From: Nitrospinales bacterium
Lineage (GTDB): Bacteria; Nitrospinota; Nitrospinia; Nitrospinales; VA-1
Length of the DNA stretch: 64,000 bases
Direction: 5' to 3'
NCBI GenBank assembly: GCA_965262115.1
Contig: OZ253496.1
Span: 960,001 to 1,024,000, forward strand
A model generated the notes under the pieces. That model worked only from the letters and a program-made list of their open reading frames with translations, made no database searches and was not told the origin of the DNA. Below are positions 9,634 through 23,201 of the stretch, in pieces; the stretch's first letter is position 1, and each line of letters begins with the position of its first letter. Both the position numbers and the translations under genes were made by a program.

Positions 9634-10399
9634 CCCCTTTCCCCACCACCACTCTTCCCAGAGTGAACACATAAACCTTCCCGGCTCCATTTTTCTTTAA
9701 TATCTTTGCGGCCTCATCAACCGTTGCTCCAGTTGTGAACACGTCGTCCACCAACAGAATATTTTTTTTCACGACCAGTTCGGGACGATTGATCTCAAAG
9801 GCTCCTTTAATGTTATGAGCTCTTTCTACACGGGTCATGGTCGCTTGCGGATTGGTGGCCTTGACCCGCCGCAACAATCCACCTTCAAGAGGTAGTTTTA
9901 AAATCCTCGCAACTTGCCGGGCAATAAGAAAAGCCTGGTCAAACCCCCTCTCCTTCATTTTGTTGAAATGTAACAGCACCGGAGAAACGGTAAAATCCTG
10001 ACAAAAACCCGGGTTCTCCTCAAAATATTTTTCCAGAAGGCGGTCTATTTCTGGGAGCACCCCCATCTGCCTGCGATATTTGAAATGGTGAATGGTTGTT
10101 CTTAAAACCGTGTCATAAAATCCCATGCTTCTGGCCTGATCAAATTGATAAGGGCTTTGTCGGCAAACCCCGCACACAAACTCTTCATGCGGATAGGCAT
10201 AAGACAGGTCCGCCGACACCCCGCACTGAAAACAATACGGCTGTCGAATAAACCCGATATCATTCCTACAGCTGGGACAGAGGAAATACTCCTGGATTTT
10301 GCCATCACAGGAAATACAGTTCTGCGGAAACACAAAATCCAAAACCTTTCTGAACCCGCGCAAAACCCCAGCGACAATTTTTTCCGATCCAACCTGCAT
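9605..10399 (-). CDS. comF: ComF family protein (double zinc ribbon + PRTase domain)
   Basis: CxxC motifs, ERGFDQA, LLVDDVFTTGAT. Confidence 0.92.
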   Translation of the reverse strand: MQVGSEKIVAGVLRGFRKVLDFVFPQNCISCDGKIQEYFLCPSCRNDIGFIRQPYCFQCGVSADLSYAYPHEEFVCGVCRQSPYQFDQARSMGFYDTVLRTTIHHFKYRRQMGVLPEIDRLLEKYFEENPGFCQDFTVSPVLLHFNKMKERGFDQAFLIARQVARILKLPLEGGLLRRVKATNPQATMTRVERAHNIKGAFEINRPELVVKKNILLVDDVFTTGATVDEAAKILKKNGAGKVYVFTLGRVVVGKGAPLRGASWQ

Positions 10400-10592
10400 A
10401 ATTCCTCACTGGTCTTCTTAAAGAACCGTGGGCGGCCATGCCCTCAAATATGTTGATCAAACTTTCACGAACCCCCTTGCTTTTTTAGACCTATCAACCT
10501 GAAAAACAAGGCGTTAAATACCAAGGTTTTTATATTTTTCTGGAAATTTTTATGCTAAAGTTCCTTCCTCAATCACTCTCACAAAAAATCTG

Positions 10593-11789
10593 ATGAACAA
10601 GAGCATCATCCAGCTTACGGAAAAACACGTCGCCGGGACTTACGGACGTTACCCGATTGCCCTGGTCAAAGGAAAAGGTTCCAAGGTCTGGGACAAGTCG
10701 GGAAAACAATACATCGACTTTGTCAGCGGACTTGCCGTTGACAACCTCGGACATTGTCATCCCTCGGTGGTCTCGGCCATAAAAAAGCAGGCCGAAACAC
10801 TGATCCACGTTTCCAACTTATATCATATCGAACCGCAATCCCAATTGGCGGAAAAACTAACGTCCTTGAGTTTTTCCGACAAAGTATTTTTCTGCAATAG
10901 CGGAACAGAAGCCAATGAAGGCGCGATCAAACTCGCCCGAAAGTATTTTTTCGATCAGGGGCAGTCCAAGCGAACCGAAATCATCACCATGCACAACTCG
11001 TTTCATGGCCGCACCCTGGGTTCACTCTCGGCAACAGCGCAGATGAAATTTCACACCGGGTTCAAACCGCTTCTTCCAGGCTTCAAATATATTCCATTTA
11101 ATGATTTGCCATCGGCCCGGAAAGCAATAACGCAAAAGACCTGCGCCATTCTGGTTGAGCCCCTGCAGGGGGAAGGCGGACTGAACATCCCCGATCCTTC
11201 CTACCTGAAAGGACTGAAAAAGCTCTGCCAGGAACATGGCATTCTTCTAATTTTTGATGAGGTGCAAACAGGCTTCGGGCGCACGGGAAAAATGTTCGCC
11301 TATGAACTCTATAAAACAAAACCGGATATCATAACGCTGGCCAAAGCTTTGGGAGGCGGCGTTGCAATAGGAGCTCTGGCGGCCACCAATCGGGTTATGA
11401 AATCTTTTGTCCCCGGCACCCATGCCGCAACCTTTGGCGGCAACCCCCTAGCCTGTGCCGCCGCCTTGGCATCCTTAAAAGTGCTGACCGGAAAAAACTT
11501 TTTGGACAAAGCCAACGCCACAGGAACATATTTTTTAAAACGCCTGAAAGAAATCGCCAAAAATAACCCTATCGTCAAAGAAGCCCGTGGCATGGGAATG
11601 TTTCTCGCACTGGAGTTGAACAAACCGGGTGGTGACGTGGTCATCGACTGCATGGACCGTGGTTATTTGATCAACTGCATCCAGCTGAACGTATTGCGGT
11701 TTATCCCGCCGCTAAATATTTCCCGAAAAGACATCGACAGTCTGATTCCTGTGCTATCCGATAGCCTTACAAAGCTGATCGATAAATAA
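10593..11789 (+). CDS. argD: Acetylornithine aminotransferase
   Basis: FCNSGTEANE, SFHGRT, EPLQGEGG, DEVQTGFGRTG, AKALGGG; followed by argF. Confidence 0.95.
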   Translation: MNKSIIQLTEKHVAGTYGRYPIALVKGKGSKVWDKSGKQYIDFVSGLAVDNLGHCHPSVVSAIKKQAETLIHVSNLYHIEPQSQLAEKLTSLSFSDKVFFCNSGTEANEGAIKLARKYFFDQGQSKRTEIITMHNSFHGRTLGSLSATAQMKFHTGFKPLLPGFKYIPFNDLPSARKAITQKTCAILVEPLQGEGGLNIPDPSYLKGLKKLCQEHGILLIFDEVQTGFGRTGKMFAYELYKTKPDIITLAKALGGGVAIGALAATNRVMKSFVPGTHAATFGGNPLACAAALASLKVLTGKNFLDKANATGTYFLKRLKEIAKNNPIVKEARGMGMFLALELNKPGGDVVIDCMDRGYLINCIQLNVLRFIPPLNISRKDIDSLIPVLSDSLTKLIDK

Positions 11790-11819
11790 CAAACCTTTAA
11801 GTTTTAACAGAACCTGAAA

Positions 11820-12716
11820 ATGAATAAAGATCTACTAACCATCAGCGATTTCAGCCAAGAAGAAATTCTTGACCTGTTTAAAAAGTCCGCCGACCTCAAG
11901 GAAAAGCGCCAAAAAGGAATCGAGCATTTTCCTTTAAAAGGCAAGACCCTAGGGATGATATTCAACAAACATTCCACCCGAACCCGCATATCGTTTGAAG
12001 TGGGCATGTTTGAACTTGGCGGTCATGCGCTGTTTATGACCGGCGACCAACTTCAGTTGAAACGCGGTGAAACTCTTAGGGATTCAGCCCATGTCCTCTC
12101 CCGCTACCTGAATGGTATTCTGATAAGGACTTACGATCACGATGAAGTCATCGCTCTTGCCGAGCATGCTACGATACCGGTGATCAACGGACTTACCGAT
12201 CTAAATCATCCCGTGCAGATTCTTTCAGATATTTTTACCATCCAAGAAAAACTCGGTGGCATCGAAGGGGTGAAAGTGGCTTATGTTGGCGACGTAAATA
12301 ATGTCGCCTATTCATGGATGATGGGAGCTTCATTAATGGGCATGCACTTGGTGATCGCCTGCCCTAAAAGCTGCCAACCCAATCCGGCTCCCCAACTGAG
12401 CGGGAATGGCAAGGTCGAAATTATTGAGGACCCTTTTGAAGCAGTCAAAAATGCGGATATCATTTATACCGATGTATGGATAAGCATGGGACACGAAGAA
12501 GATACGGAAAACAAAAAAAAGCTTCTTCTCCCCTACCAGATAAACCAGAAATTGGTCGATGCCGCGAAAAAGGATGCTATGGTGATGCACTGCCTTCCCG
12601 CGCACCGGGAATTGGAAATCACATCGGAAGTTCTGGATGGCAAACATTCCATTGTTTTTGACCAGGCTGAGAACCGGCTCCATGTTCAAAAAGCTATCCT
12701 TGAAACATTGTTATAA
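11820..12716 (+). CDS. argF: Ornithine carbamoyltransferase
   Basis: STRTRISFE, HPVQILSD, YTDVWISMG, HCLPAHR, QAENR. Confidence 0.98.
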   Translation: MNKDLLTISDFSQEEILDLFKKSADLKEKRQKGIEHFPLKGKTLGMIFNKHSTRTRISFEVGMFELGGHALFMTGDQLQLKRGETLRDSAHVLSRYLNGILIRTYDHDEVIALAEHATIPVINGLTDLNHPVQILSDIFTIQEKLGGIEGVKVAYVGDVNNVAYSWMMGASLMGMHLVIACPKSCQPNPAPQLSGNGKVEIIEDPFEAVKNADIIYTDVWISMGHEEDTENKKKLLLPYQINQKLVDAAKKDAMVMHCLPAHRELEITSEVLDGKHSIVFDQAENRLHVQKAILETLL

Positions 12717-12794
12717 AAACCCAATCAAATGATACAGTTGTGATCATCAAAACAGGTTTCAAAAAATAAAATTCCAACCAACACAAAGACTGCA

Positions 12795-15594
<2,800 letters not shown>

Positions 15595-15677
15595 ACGCTA
15601 CAGAGTCAGATTCCTTCTATGATTCCAAGAATCTTGAATTCGTGAATATCATAGCCGGAACGCCGAGGCAGGGAAGA

Positions 15678-15962
15678 TTACACCACCGCCTTGAGAAGTT
15701 CCAACTTTTGAGAATCTAACTCATTGATGAAGTGTTCGAAAATGCGTTCGGGAAAGTAAAGTGTCAGGTTGAGTTTCATCAGCTGGTAAATAAACTGACT
15801 GCCTGACCGCATCGGGTTCGCTCTCAGAGGTTTGTATTCCACATGGCCTTCCAGCATGAAGTCCGCCATCTCCTTCCAATCTTCCCCGACTTTGTTCAGG
15901 TTCTCGCGGATGAGAGACAAGAGTCGCCCCTGTTCAGGAAGTTCGTAGCTATAGCTGGGCAT
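15678..15962 (-). CDS. Hypothetical protein (94 aa)
   Basis: ORF starts 4 nt after the upstream methyltransferase stop; plausible composition. Confidence 0.65.
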   Translation of the reverse strand: MPSYSYELPEQGRLLSLIRENLNKVGEDWKEMADFMLEGHVEYKPLRANPMRSGSQFIYQLMKLNLTLYFPERIFEHFINELDSQKLELLKAVV

Positions 15963-15966
15963 TTTA

Positions 15967-16818
15967 TTAAGTGTTCTCCGCGATCAACCGGGCTCTTAAA
16001 GCCAGAAACAATGGAATTTCTTTTCGAGCCCGGTTTTCAGCCTTGGACCGCTTGCCTGGCAGACTGTTCTTGTTGGAAATCCATTCCTCCATCGCATCAA
16101 CACAGAACCCGGCTTTGACCAACGCGGAAACATAACTCTGCATCGGACGATGGTAGGTGAGCGTGAACGATTTGGAATCGGCAAAGGGAGGAGTCAGAAT
16201 AGGAACGTTGGTCTCCGTCATATAGTGGTCCACACGCCGGTATTCCAGTTTCTTTTCTTCATCCCACCCCCAATGAGTTTGGCGGGGAATACGAAAACAC
16301 GGGTGCGTCATCACCACCACAAAACATTTGCGCGGTTTCAACCAGCAGGCCGCGCTTTTAAATAGCAGGTCCATCTTTTCGATATTTTGTATCGCCATCA
16401 GGCAGGCAATGCCATCGAAGCGGTCTTCTTCAAAATTTTTGGTATCGCTGGCGTCTCCCACATGATAGCGGACAGATGGACCCGAACGCGTCCGGGCGAA
16501 CTTCAACAGTTCCGCCGAGGAATCCAGCCCCTCAACTTGAATACCCTTGCGCGACAAATAGCGGGAAAAAACTCCCTGACCGCAAGCCAGATCGAGAACG
16601 CGGTCTTTTTTAGTGACTGCCAGTAAACGGAATACGCCGGGCATAATAATGTCTTTTTGAAAATCGGTGCCCTGACCGCCGACCAGTGAGTCATACCACC
16701 GGGACGCCTGATCCCAAAGCGTCAGCTCTTTCTTTACTAATTTCTTTGTCGATTTCTTTCCCGAAGACGTTACTTTTAATTTTCTGTTCTTGTCTCGGGA
16801 GTATTTTTTATTTTTCAC
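15967..16818 (-). CDS. Class I SAM-dependent methyltransferase
   Basis: VLDLACGQG, GDA, THPCF, YHRP. Confidence 0.9.
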   Translation of the reverse strand: MKNKKYSRDKNRKLKVTSSGKKSTKKLVKKELTLWDQASRWYDSLVGGQGTDFQKDIIMPGVFRLLAVTKKDRVLDLACGQGVFSRYLSRKGIQVEGLDSSAELLKFARTRSGPSVRYHVGDASDTKNFEEDRFDGIACLMAIQNIEKMDLLFKSAACWLKPRKCFVVVMTHPCFRIPRQTHWGWDEEKKLEYRRVDHYMTETNVPILTPPFADSKSFTLTYHRPMQSYVSALVKAGFCVDAMEEWISNKNSLPGKRSKAENRARKEIPLFLALRARLIAENT

Positions 16819-16904
16819 CGGTATTAATCCGTTTCGTTTTCATCTATAATAATAAGCGAGTGATTATTCACCCCTCAAGTCATTTCACCAACACATCCAA
16901 CCTT

Positions 16905-17363
16905 ATGCGGAAACCAAACCATTTACGAACAGTCATAGCAATTCTTTTGCTTCTTCTTGTTGCTTCCGTCTCCTGTAAAACGCTGGGCGGCTTCCATAAA
17001 AACCAGGAAGACCTGGACTTAAGCATCAAGGCGTATAACCATGAGTTTGAAAGCAAAATGATCGACAGGAGTGCCCGTTTCATCCACCCGACTTACCGCT
17101 CGGAATATATGGCTAAATCTCCGGAGATAGCCAAACGCATCACTATCTTTGAAGCAGCCGTTTTAGACATCAAACTTTTTAATAACGGGGTACCGCTCGC
17201 CATTGGATCCGAAAAAGATTTTAACCGGGCCATTGTCGTCATCCGCTACCAAATGGCCCTATTGCCCAGCACCAAATTACAAACCCTTAACATCGAGCAG
17301 GAATGGCTGCTCTATCAGGGGCAATGGGTTATCATCCCCGACCTGAAAGCGTTTCTTGGATAA
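16905..17363 (+). CDS. Putative lipoprotein, unknown function
   Basis: MRKPNHLRTVIAILLLLLVASVSC basic/hydrophobic signal ending in Cys; start chosen at ATG 16905. Confidence 0.7.
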   Translation: MRKPNHLRTVIAILLLLLVASVSCKTLGGFHKNQEDLDLSIKAYNHEFESKMIDRSARFIHPTYRSEYMAKSPEIAKRITIFEAAVLDIKLFNNGVPLAIGSEKDFNRAIVVIRYQMALLPSTKLQTLNIEQEWLLYQGQWVIIPDLKAFLG

Positions 17364-17379
17364 CAGGCCATGGCAATGG

Positions 17380-18120
17380 TCACGCTGGCAAAACTACCTC
17401 AACGGCTTTGTTCAAAGAAATCGTGGTCGGGGTGACCTTGCAATTCATCCCATAAAGTTCCACCCCTTTATCACGCGCCTTTCGCAACCAACCCCCAAAC
17501 ACCGGGTCAATATCATCATTACAGGTGATGGATCGTGTATCGGATCTTTGCGAAACAAACACCACGGCACCCCGGTAGCCTTTTGCGCAAAACTCCATTA
17601 ACTCCTTAACATGTTTGACCCCTCTCTCTGTCGGTGCATCGGGAAACCTGCCCAGCCCTTTTTCGACCAGACTCACCGATTTCACCTCAACATAAGCGGG
17701 GCTTAGCGGAAACGTCAACCGGAAATCGAAGCGGCTATTTTTCACTTTCACTTCGCCGACAAAGTCGGAATAACCCTTGAGAAAAGGAAGTGTCCGTTCC
17801 ATCAATGCATCTTTGATGAGGGCATTGGCAAACACCGGGAATGTCGACACCCATATAGAACCGTGCCGCACCAAAACCAGTGTGTATTCCGTTTTACGTT
17901 TTGGTCCGGGTTGGTGGACCAGCCGCACTTTTCTGCCAGCCAGCAATAACCCAGGCAGCCGTCCGGGATCGGGAACATGGGCTAGAACCTCCTTCCCCTC
18001 ACCCCCCACTTCGACACGCGCCAAATATCGGTTCGGCCGCTCCAGAAAAATACCATCAACAATGTTCTCGCCGAATCTCAAAACCTGAGCCTTTCCATTG
18101 GGCGTGGGACCAATGAGCAA
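17380..18120 (-). CDS. sfsA: DNA/RNA nuclease SfsA
   Basis: RPNRY, HVPDPGRL, SRFDF, YVEVKSVSL, FPDAPTERGVKH, IDPVF. Confidence 0.95.
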   Translation of the reverse strand: MLIGPTPNGKAQVLRFGENIVDGIFLERPNRYLARVEVGGEGKEVLAHVPDPGRLPGLLLAGRKVRLVHQPGPKRKTEYTLVLVRHGSIWVSTFPVFANALIKDALMERTLPFLKGYSDFVGEVKVKNSRFDFRLTFPLSPAYVEVKSVSLVEKGLGRFPDAPTERGVKHVKELMEFCAKGYRGAVVFVSQRSDTRSITCNDDIDPVFGGWLRKARDKGVELYGMNCKVTPTTISLNKAVEVVLPA

Positions 18121-18279
18121 TCTCTTTTTCTGGATAACGAATGGTCTAGACGGCTAAACAAACTATTGTCCTTTGCCATCACGGCACAAAGCTTTCGAAG
18201 GATACATCGACTACCCACCTCTGGGTCAATCGGCGGTCACATATGCGTTACCGCCGCATTGCCACCGGCGAATCGCCGG

Positions 18280-19794
18280 TTAGTGGGAGGTTTCTTCTCC
18301 GGCATGGAGGTTGACCGTTTTTTCCAGATGCAGTAATGAGTCTACCGATGGGGTAATCCGGTCAATGAAAGGTTTGGGATAAAGGCCTATAAATATAATG
18401 AGCAGGCAGGCGGGCAAAATAAGTTTGAACTCACGCTGATCAATATCGGTCAATCCGTCGGGCAGGTTTTCCGACGTTTCCTGCATCGAGCCCTGAAACA
18501 TATACAGCATATATATGGAAGCGAAGACAATCGACAATCCACCCATCAAAACCAGAATACCCGATAACCCCGAAAACATGCTGGATGTCCAGACTCCCGC
18601 CAGAATCATAAATTCGCCGACAAAGCCGTTCAACCCGGGGAGTCCCAGGGCCGCCAGCATGATCAGCATGAAACTTCCATACAGAACAGGCATGGCCTTG
18701 CTCAAGCCGCGCAGTTCGTTCAAGTTGCGGGTTCCCATTCGCATCTCAATAAATGCGACGATCAAAAACAACGCCGATGCGATGATGCCGTGATTGACCA
18801 TCTGGAGCACACTGCCTTCGATGCCTGTTTCATTATGAGCAAAGATACCAATAACAATAAATCCCAAGTGACTGATACTGGAATAAGCCACCAGGGCTTT
18901 CAAATCTTTTTGCGCAATAGCGATCCAGGCTCCATAAACCATGCCAGTGGCGGCCAGAATCCCGATCACAACGGCAAAACTCTCCACCGCTTCGGGAAAT
19001 AACGGCAGGCAAAAACGTAGAAAACCATAAGCACCGGTTTTGGACATGGCTCCTGTCAACAGAATTAAAGCCGGAATGGGACACGCCACATAAGCGTGGG
19101 GCAACCAACTGTGCAGGGGAAAAACCGGAACCTTGATGGCAAAAGCCAGAAAAAAGAAGAAAAACATCCACATCTGCGTGGCCGGGTCAATATGCGTATG
19201 AGTCAGCACGCGCAAATCAAATGTCACGTCATGCGTGGCGCCATAATGTATCATTGTCAGGGAAAGAATCGCGACCAGCATCAGCAGACTTCCCACCAAG
19301 GTATAGATCACGAACTTCATCGTGGCATAGACCCGTCGGCCCTCTCCCCAAATGCCAATGAGAAAATAAGTCGGCACCAGCATCAGTTCCCAGAATACAT
19401 AAAATAAAATAGTATCGAGCGCCAGAAAGACTCCAAGCGTCCCCGCCTCAAGAGCCAGCATCAAGGCGACAAAGTTTCTGAGTCCTTCCTTCTGGGTGAA
19501 GGAAAACGAAATGGCAATGAATCCCAAAAACGCAGTCAGCACCACCATCCACAGGCTAATGCCATCTACCCCCACCAAATAATTGATATGCAGGGCAGGC
19601 ACCCAGTGGAACATCTGAACAAACTGCATTTCAGCATTGGCGGTATCAAACGAAAACAGTAACCACAAAGAAAGGGCAAAGCTTGCCCCTGCTGCACCCA
19701 CCCCAACCACCTTAACTGCAGCAGCATTTTCTCTGGAGACCATGAGAAGTCCGAATGCCGCGACAAGGGGTACGAATATAATGAGAGATAGCAT
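18280..19794 (-). CDS. nuoM: NADH-quinone oxidoreductase subunit M
   Basis: GVDGIS, FYVFWE, AIKVPVFPLHSWLP, AYSSISH, GLPGLNGFVGE. Confidence 0.96.
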   Translation of the reverse strand: MLSLIIFVPLVAAFGLLMVSRENAAAVKVVGVGAAGASFALSLWLLFSFDTANAEMQFVQMFHWVPALHINYLVGVDGISLWMVVLTAFLGFIAISFSFTQKEGLRNFVALMLALEAGTLGVFLALDTILFYVFWELMLVPTYFLIGIWGEGRRVYATMKFVIYTLVGSLLMLVAILSLTMIHYGATHDVTFDLRVLTHTHIDPATQMWMFFFFFLAFAIKVPVFPLHSWLPHAYVACPIPALILLTGAMSKTGAYGFLRFCLPLFPEAVESFAVVIGILAATGMVYGAWIAIAQKDLKALVAYSSISHLGFIVIGIFAHNETGIEGSVLQMVNHGIIASALFLIVAFIEMRMGTRNLNELRGLSKAMPVLYGSFMLIMLAALGLPGLNGFVGEFMILAGVWTSSMFSGLSGILVLMGGLSIVFASIYMLYMFQGSMQETSENLPDGLTDIDQREFKLILPACLLIIFIGLYPKPFIDRITPSVDSLLHLEKTVNLHAGEETSH

Positions 19795-19805
19795 AGTTTT
19801 TCCGG

Positions 19806-21674
19806 TTACATGAATACGACAAACAATAAAATGGTCACCATGCCGACAACCATATTTAAAGCATAGGCGCGCACTTTCCCCGATTGCCAGAGACTGATGC
19901 CATGGCTCACCTCTTTAACCTGAAGGCCAACCTGATCAACAGTGAAGTCTATGCCTTCGCGTTCCCCTTTTTGCTCCATAAAAACACCTATGGCTTTTGT
20001 CGGGCGCACAATCAAAAAATCATAAATCTCATCCACATAATATTTGTGGAACAAGAGGTCATAAAGTGGAGCCATCGCTTCCTTAAGAAGGTCCATACGA
20101 TCCTTGCTCACCATATACAACAAGCCTGCAGCCGCAATCCCGCCAATACCTGCTGTTAGAGCTATGGCCTCCAACACGCTATCATGATGGTGCTCGACAA
20201 CACGACCAAACACCGGCGCCAGAAAGCTGTCAACCCAAGGCCCCAACAATCCGCCCAGCAAGGACAAACCAGCCAGAACTAGCAAAGGTATGACAATAAT
20301 CCCAGGCGATTCATGTGGGTGCGCCCCCGGACTGCGGAGCCTGCCCACAAAAGTGTACAAATAAACCCGGAAGATATAAAATGCCGTCATACCCGCCGTC
20401 AGCACCGCGATCGCCCAGAAAACAATGTTCCCCATCTCGGCATGGTAAGAACTTAGGATGATCGCTTCTTTACTGAAATAACCGCTGGTCAACGGAAACC
20501 CGGCCAACGCCAGAGCTCCGATTAAAAAAGTCGCATGGGTCAACGGCATGACATTTTGTAGGCCTCCCATTTTGCGGATATCCTGTTCGCCATCCAGCGA
20601 ATGAATCACGCTTCCCGCCGCGAGAAAGAGCAGAGCCTTGAAAAAAGCATGCGTCATCAAATGAAACATGCCCAGGCTGTAAACGCCAATGCCAACAGCC
20701 ATGAACATATAACCCAACTGGCTCATGGTGGAATAAGCAATCACGCGCTTGATATCATATTGAACCAATGCCATCGACCCGGCAAAGACAGCTGTAATGA
20801 TTCCTACCCCGGCAATAAAATACATGGTATAGGGAGCCAACTCATACAGCACATGGCAACGAGCGATTAAATAAACTCCTGCCGTAACCATCGTCGCGGC
20901 GTGAATCAATGCACTGACCGGGGTCGGACCTTCCATCGCGTCCGGCAACCAGGTGTGTAGCGGCAGTTGTGCAGATTTCGCAAACGCGCCCACCAGCAAC
21001 AACAAGGTGATCAAAAGCATGGTGTCATCATTGGGGCGGAACATGCCTGGCGCGGCCGCAAACACATCTATAAAGCTCAGCGTTCCAAACGACTCAAGAA
21101 TAACAAAGGCGGCGATAACCATTCCCACATCGCCAATCACGTTCATGACAAAGGCTTTGCGGGCTGCAAGTACAGCACTGGTTTTTTCGCGCCAGAACCC
21201 GATCAGCAAATAAGACGCAAGACCGACTAGCGCCCAGCCGACGATCAGGAAAAAGAAGTCGGCGGCCGCAACCAGCACCAGCATGGAAAAAATAAACAAG
21301 TTTAAATAGGCGAAAAACCGCGAGTACTCCGGATCATCATGCATATAGCCAACAGAGTAAACATGAATCACAAACCCAACACCGGTCACGATTAGAAACA
21401 TGAACACCGATAGCGGATCCACAAGAATCGCCAGATCCAACTTGAGCGATCCCGCCGACACCCACTGGTAAAGAGTCTGAACATGCCCGACCCGTTCTTC
21501 AGGCGGCAAAAACAAAAGATTGCTTAACGTCACCAGCGTCATGAAAAACGACGCGCCCACGGTTCCGCAACCAACGAGCCCAGCCAGTTTCTCGGAAATG
21601 CAGTTCCCGTACCAGCTCAGGCCAATAAACCCAAGAAGAGGAAACAAAAGTATGAGCCAGCTACTTGCGAACAA
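19806..21674 (-). CDS. nuoL: NADH-quinone oxidoreductase subunit L
   Basis: KSAQLPLHTWLPDAMEGPTPVSALIHAATMV, THAFFKALLFL. Confidence 0.97.
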   Translation of the reverse strand: MFASSWLILLFPLLGFIGLSWYGNCISEKLAGLVGCGTVGASFFMTLVTLSNLLFLPPEERVGHVQTLYQWVSAGSLKLDLAILVDPLSVFMFLIVTGVGFVIHVYSVGYMHDDPEYSRFFAYLNLFIFSMLVLVAAADFFFLIVGWALVGLASYLLIGFWREKTSAVLAARKAFVMNVIGDVGMVIAAFVILESFGTLSFIDVFAAAPGMFRPNDDTMLLITLLLLVGAFAKSAQLPLHTWLPDAMEGPTPVSALIHAATMVTAGVYLIARCHVLYELAPYTMYFIAGVGIITAVFAGSMALVQYDIKRVIAYSTMSQLGYMFMAVGIGVYSLGMFHLMTHAFFKALLFLAAGSVIHSLDGEQDIRKMGGLQNVMPLTHATFLIGALALAGFPLTSGYFSKEAIILSSYHAEMGNIVFWAIAVLTAGMTAFYIFRVYLYTFVGRLRSPGAHPHESPGIIVIPLLVLAGLSLLGGLLGPWVDSFLAPVFGRVVEHHHDSVLEAIALTAGIGGIAAAGLLYMVSKDRMDLLKEAMAPLYDLLFHKYYVDEIYDFLIVRPTKAIGVFMEQKGEREGIDFTVDQVGLQVKEVSHGISLWQSGKVRAYALNMVVGMVTILLFVVFM

Positions 21675-21678
21675 AAGA

Positions 21679-21978
21679 TTATCCTTTCAATACATCAATA
21701 TGGTCCACATCCATATCGTGCCGGGTGCGGAAAATGGTCAGAATGATCGCCAGCCCCACCACCACTTCCGCTGCCGCAACGGTCATGATCATCAGGGCAA
21801 ATATCTGACCATCCAGCGAATTCAGGAAACTGGAATAAGAGACCAGAAGAAAGTTAACCGAATTGAGCATCAATTCGACAGACATGAACATGATGAGAGG
21901 ATTCTTGCGAATGACAAACCCCGCTGTCCCTACACAGAAAATAGAAGCGCTGATAAGTAAAACAAATTGTTCACCCAT
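21679..21978 (-). CDS. nuoK: NADH-quinone oxidoreductase subunit K
   Basis: MFMSVELMLN, GQIF, VAAAEVVVGLA; start at ATG 21978. Confidence 0.95.
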   Translation of the reverse strand: MGEQFVLLISASIFCVGTAGFVIRKNPLIMFMSVELMLNSVNFLLVSYSSFLNSLDGQIFALMIMTVAAAEVVVGLAIILTIFRTRHDMDVDHIDVLKG

Positions 21979-21980
21979 AA

Positions 21981-22526
21981 TTACCTCACGCGCCTCCTCA
22001 AAGGAGCAAAAGAAAATTTTGCCAGACAAATCACACCCACCGCCGCGACTAAAAGGAGGCACGAAGCCATCTCAAACGCCACAATATGTTTTGAAAATAA
22101 TTCGAGACCAATGGCTTTCGCAGACCCAAACATTTCGGCAGGAATTTCACCTTGAACCTGCTTAGTCGGCCCCACAGTGGCTGACAAATACAATTCCCCC
22201 AGCAAGGTGAACACGAAAGCGAGAGCCATCGACCGGTGCAACGAGTTTTCCTGAATTTCTTTTTTCCCGCCGAGAAGCGCAATGATAAACAAAAACAGGA
22301 TCATCACCGCTCCGGCGTAAACAATGATCTGGACTACAGCCAGAAACTCTGCATTATAAAGGAGGAACAAAAGGGCCAAACAAATCATGTGGCCAATCAG
22401 GTACAAGGCGCTGTAGATCGGTGAGGAGCATAGAATGACCCCCAGGCTGGCAAGAACAGCCGTCACCCCAACCACGAAAATTACCGCATCACGCGTGAAG
22501 TCAAATACCGTAGCGATTTCCAACAC
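21981..22526 (-). CDS. nuoJ: NADH-quinone oxidoreductase subunit J
   Basis: AEFLAVVQIIVYAGAVMILFLF, AFEMAS. Confidence 0.95.
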   Translation of the reverse strand: MLEIATVFDFTRDAVIFVVGVTAVLASLGVILCSSPIYSALYLIGHMICLALLFLLYNAEFLAVVQIIVYAGAVMILFLFIIALLGGKKEIQENSLHRSMALAFVFTLLGELYLSATVGPTKQVQGEIPAEMFGSAKAIGLELFSKHIVAFEMASCLLLVAAVGVICLAKFSFAPLRRRVR

Positions 22527-22557
22527 TCATCCACTCCTGAAAATAGAACAACCTCTA

Positions 22558-22686
22558 CCACTCGGCGTGGGGCTGTAAAACCCTTTCCATAAATTTCATG
22601 CCACGGAGGGGTACAATGAGCAATAGCCCCTTAGTCCAAAATAAACTCTTTATGCGCTGAAAATACTATTTAAGCCGCAAGCGGCT
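22558..22686. repeat. Modular repeat inside the nuo operon (nuoI-nuoJ spacer)
   Basis: CCACTCGGCGTGGGGC + TTTCATGCCACGGAGGGGTACAATGA-GCAATAGC + hairpin AGCCGCAAGCGGCT. Confidence 0.75.
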
Positions 22687-22701
22687 GTATCGGCGCCATT
22701 T

Positions 22702-23190
22702 TTAGATACGCTCCGTATTGCCCAGAATGTTGACACGGAACTGGTTCGGCTCGGGGTACACCAATAGATCCTGTTTCTCCGCAATATAATTATCGCGGTC
22801 ATAATCCGCCAGCTCATAATGCTCACGCAATACCACAGCATCTACCGGACAGGCCTCCTCACAGTACCCGCAGTAGATACAACGCAGGAGATTGATCTCA
22901 TAAACCTCTGCGTAGCGCTCGCCCTTGGAAACTGGATTATCCGGATCGTTCTCCGCCGAAACCACATGAATGCACCCCACCGGGCAATTGATAGAGCACA
23001 AAGAGCATCCTATACACTTTTCCAGCCCGTCTTCATCGCGGTTCAGGAAATGTCTCCCCCGATAACGCTTGGGCATGGTTCGCTTGACTTCAGGATACTG
23101 CAGGGTGACCGGCGTGGTCAGCATATTCCGGAACGTGACCCCCATTCCGATCAATAGATTTTTTATTCCATCAAAAGTTGCTTGCAACAT
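22702..23190 (-). CDS. nuoI: NADH-quinone oxidoreductase subunit I
   Basis: Two 4Fe-4S motifs, CIGCSLCSINCP and CIYCGYCEEACP. Confidence 0.97.
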   Translation of the reverse strand: MLQATFDGIKNLLIGMGVTFRNMLTTPVTLQYPEVKRTMPKRYRGRHFLNRDEDGLEKCIGCSLCSINCPVGCIHVVSAENDPDNPVSKGERYAEVYEINLLRCIYCGYCEEACPVDAVVLREHYELADYDRDNYIAEKQDLLVYPEPNQFRVNILGNTERI

Positions 23191-23201
23191 AGCTCATCCC
23201 C

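Noticed and set aside
18280..21674. 2M-type complex I (duplicated nuoM)
   Set aside because: Only one nuoM is present in this operon.
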